From: Vulcanimicrobiota bacterium
GTDB lineage: Bacteria; Vulcanimicrobiota; Vulcanimicrobiia; Vulcanimicrobiales; Vulcanimicrobiaceae
Direction of reading: 5' to 3'
Assembly (NCBI GenBank): GCA_963695225.1
Contig: OY968762.1
Span: 1,792,001-1,856,000 of the forward strand
DNA: 64,000 nucleotides
The notes beneath the pieces are model-generated. The model saw only the letters and a program-made list of their open reading frames with translations. It was not told the DNA's origin and searched no databases. The first letter of the stretch is position 1. Each line of letters opens with the position of its first letter. This document shows positions 61,345 through 64,000 of the stretch, one piece after another. The position numbers were made by a program, and so were the translations under genes.

Positions 61345-62505
61345 ATGGCGACGCTGCCCGGCGTCCGGGCCACACCGCTCGCTCCGCCGAGCCGGACGCC
61401 GCTCCTGAACATCCTGGATTCGTACATTCTGCGAGAGCTCGCCGCACCGTTCGCGTTCTCGGCCGGCGTGTACATGCTGTTCTGGTTCATCAACATCTTC
61501 TTCGTCGCGGCGGATTACCTGATCAACGCGCATGCGAACGTCTTCTTGATCTTGCGATTTCTGGCGTTTCGCGTGCCGCAATCCGTGCCGATGGCGTTTC
61601 CGTTCGGATGCCTGTTCGCGACCTTGCTCGCGTTCGGGCGCATGTCGGCGGACAACGAAATAACGGCGCTGCGCACGTCCGGCGTCTCGTTCAATCGCAT
61701 CGCGGCGACCCCGCTGCTCGCGGGAGTCTTGGTCTTTCTCTTCACGTACGTCGTGAACGATTCCGTCGTGCCGCGCTCCGTCGAGCTTTCTACGCGCACG
61801 TTCTACCAGATCATCTATCGAACGGAGACGCTCCCGGTAGTTCCGCGCTTCTTCCGCAGGGACGACGCGACCGACCGCGTCTTCTACGTAGGCAACGTCA
61901 TGGACGACCACCGCACGCTCGAGAACGTGATGATCTTCGAGAACGCCACGAACACGCCGTTCCGCCGCGTGACGAACGCGGAGCGCGCGCACATCGACGG
62001 ACGCTCGCTCATCCTCGAGCACGCGCGCGTCACGGTCTTCAAGCGGACGGGCGAGCTCGATAACTCGTTCGTGCAGCAGGACCCGGTCGAGCTTCCCCTT
62101 CCGTTCGCGGAGACTGCGGATCAGTTCCTCAACACTTCGAGCGCCGACCAGAACGCTCTCAACTCCGACCAGCTCCGCGCGCAGATCAAAGCGATGGAAG
62201 CGACGGGTCAAGGCGGGAACGCGCTCGATCTGCTGAAGATCACGCTAGCTCAGAAACTATCGTTTCCCTTCGCTTCGTTCGTTGCCGTGTTGATCGCTTT
62301 GCCTCTCGCCGTCGCTTTCGGCCGTCGCGGCCGCACTCTGGGAATAGCGCTGTCGTTCCTGTTGATGTTCGTATATTACCTGATGCTCTCGGCGGCCGCC
62401 GCGCTCGGCCGAAACGAAGCGATCAATCCCTATCTCGCGGCGTGGATTCCCAACCTGATTCTGGGAATCGTCGGCGCGATCATGATCAGGCGAGTCGGAT
62501 CCTGA
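61345..62505 (+). CDS. LptF/LptG family LPS export permease
   Basis: ILDSYILRE, ADNEITALRTSGVS, KLSFPF, AAWIPN; 3+3 TM helices around a periplasmic domain. Confidence 0.9.
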   Translation: MATLPGVRATPLAPPSRTPLLNILDSYILRELAAPFAFSAGVYMLFWFINIFFVAADYLINAHANVFLILRFLAFRVPQSVPMAFPFGCLFATLLAFGRMSADNEITALRTSGVSFNRIAATPLLAGVLVFLFTYVVNDSVVPRSVELSTRTFYQIIYRTETLPVVPRFFRRDDATDRVFYVGNVMDDHRTLENVMIFENATNTPFRRVTNAERAHIDGRSLILEHARVTVFKRTGELDNSFVQQDPVELPLPFAETADQFLNTSSADQNALNSDQLRAQIKAMEATGQGGNALDLLKITLAQKLSFPFASFVAVLIALPLAVAFGRRGRTLGIALSFLLMFVYYLMLSAAAALGRNEAINPYLAAWIPNLILGIVGAIMIRRVGS

Positions 62506-64000
62506 GCCCGCTGCAGCGCCGCGCCGTCGGTGCCCTGCTCAGCGCCGCGCTCGCGCTGAACGCCTCCCCGCGCGCGCTCGCAGGCTCCCCCGGCGGCATC
62601 GGCCCCGCGAACCGCGCGGCCGACGTCGTGCACCTGCTGGAGAGCGGAAGCTGCGCGGCACCGCCGCGCATGGTCGCGCAGGCCGCCGCGGCGGCTTCGC
62701 CCACCGCGAGCCCCGCGGCGTCCGCAGCCGCAAGCCCCACCGCAAGCCCCACGGCGGTCCCGACGACGACCCCCCAGATCCCGCCGATCCCAGCCGGCCC
62801 CGGGACGCTCTTCCCGCTCCAGCCGCCGGGCAGCCAGACCACCCCGCCCCCGATTCCGACCAGCGCCCCGGTCCCGCAATCAGCCGGTCCGGCCCAGCTC
62901 GTCCAGCCGACCGGAACGCCCGCGCCGCTCGTCCGCCCGAGCCCCGGCCTGACGGCGAAGCCCACCCCGAGTGCAGCTCCCGGCGCGGCGTCGCCGTCGC
63001 CCATTCCCACGCTCGGGCCGAACGAATACGCGATCCTCTTCGATCGCCTCGACGGCACGACGAAGGACGGCGCGCCGGAAGACGTCAGCGGGAACGTCAC
63101 GATCTTCTATCGCGACGGGATGGTCCACGGAGATCGTGCGCACGACGGCGGCGACGGCATCATCCACCTCACCGGGAACACGTATCTGATCAACCAGCGC
63201 AAAGACGCGATCTTCTACGCGGACGAGATCACGTTCAACCGCAAGACGCAGGTGGCGACGCTCGTCAACGGGCGCGGCGAGACGACCGAGGGCGTGGAGC
63301 AGGGGAAGCTCTATTACCGCGCCCGCTCGCTCGAGACCAGGGGCGACGGCGTCAGCCACGGCGAGCGCGCTTGGTTCTCGACCTGCGCGAACCCGCGCGG
63401 CGGATACCACGTCGAGTCCCGCACGCTCGACGTAAAGCCGAACGACCGGCTGATCGCGCGGAAAGCCACGCTCTACCTCGGCGCGCTGGCGGTTCTGTAC
63501 CTGCCGGTGCTCGTCATTCCGCTGCGCGACGTGAAGGATCCGCGCCGCAAGGCAAGCTTCATTCCGGAAATCGGCTACTCGCAGCTCGAGGGCGTCTACG
63601 AGCACGCCCGCATCGGCTTCGGCAACGACCAATACTATTACGGCGTCTACCGCGTCGACTACGCGACCAAGCGCGGGCTCGGGCTCGGGTACATCGGCAC
63701 GCTCACCCGCAAGGACAACCGCCGTCAGACGACGATCGACGCGTACACGATCGACGATCGCATTGCGGGCGCGCGCCAGAACACGCTCAACGTGACCGAC
63801 ACGGAGAACTTCTCCTCGCGCCTGCGCGGTCAATTCGGCGTCAACTACACGAGCAATTTCGGCCCCAACGTCTTCTTGCCGCCGTCCTATGCGGTGAACG
63901 GTTCGCTGATCCACGCGGGCGCGCAGGCCACGGAGAACCTCACGTTCACGCGCAGCATCCAAGGCTCGCTCTACGACTCGTTCAACACGGCCTTCGTCGA
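62502..64000 (+). CDS. lptD: LptD-like LPS assembly outer-membrane protein, truncated by the window end
   Basis: Manual translation: signal-like N-terminus, Pro/Thr/Ala linker, jellyroll region (GNV..Y, ADEITFN, FSTC..P..YH...TL.V.P), then barrel-like PEIGYS..EG.Y and DY..KRGLGLG. Start uncertain (CTG 62502). Confidence 0.75.
   Translation, partial: MSPLQRRAVGALLSAALALNASPRALAGSPGGIGPANRAADVVHLLESGSCAAPPRMVAQAAAAASPTASPAASAAASPTASPTAVPTTTPQIPPIPAGPGTLFPLQPPGSQTTPPPIPTSAPVPQSAGPAQLVQPTGTPAPLVRPSPGLTAKPTPSAAPGAASPSPIPTLGPNEYAILFDRLDGTTKDGAPEDVSGNVTIFYRDGMVHGDRAHDGGDGIIHLTGNTYLINQRKDAIFYADEITFNRKTQVATLVNGRGETTEGVEQGKLYYRARSLETRGDGVSHGERAWFSTCANPRGGYHVESRTLDVKPNDRLIARKATLYLGALAVLYLPVLVIPLRDVKDPRRKASFIPEIGYSQLEGVYEHARIGFGNDQYYYGVYRVDYATKRGLGLGYIGTLTRKDNRRQTTIDAYTIDDRIAGARQNTLNVTDTENFSSRLRGQFGVNYTSNFGPNVFLPPSYAVNGSLIHAGAQATENLTFTRSIQGSLYDSFNTAFV

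Overview
High-GC bacterial chromosomal segment from a diderm (LptF/G, LptD, secretin). It also has the Firmicutes/Actinobacteria-like order rsmI-metG-tatD. Taxon inferred as possibly Eremiobacterota/WPS-2-like; not verifiable here. Left to right: part of a Tad/Flp pilus locus (secretin, Flp, three pseudopilins, one with a long Pro/Thr/Ser tail) followed by three GT-C-type glycosyltransferases and an NlpC/P60 peptidase; a TIGR00300-type ornithine cyclodeaminase; rsmI-metG-tatD; a PAS-PAS-GAF-GGDEF gene frameshifted in a C7 run; a respiratory cluster (menG, polyprenyl synthase, tatAC, system II cytochrome c maturation, SelO, Rieske protein, fused cytochrome b+c with a PAWY Qo motif); a tetrapyrrole cluster (SirC-HemC-half-HemD fusion, hemB, hemL, hemA, cobA-hemD) interrupted by a membrane CheA-like kinase and a CheY-like regulator; pepP, arginase and a nucleoside-type ABC transporter; chrA, copZ-copA and a Vgb-type beta-propeller lipoprotein in a triplicated, decaying junction; then slt, lptF/G and a truncated lptD. 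The most notable non-coding signal is a ~150-nt intergenic multi-hairpin element in three full copies plus one decayed copy. Its arms covary and its loops carry GGA motifs (REPIN-like element or structured RNA). No tRNA, rRNA, CRISPR array, integrase or transposase was recognised. All calls come from reading motifs by eye, not from database searches.
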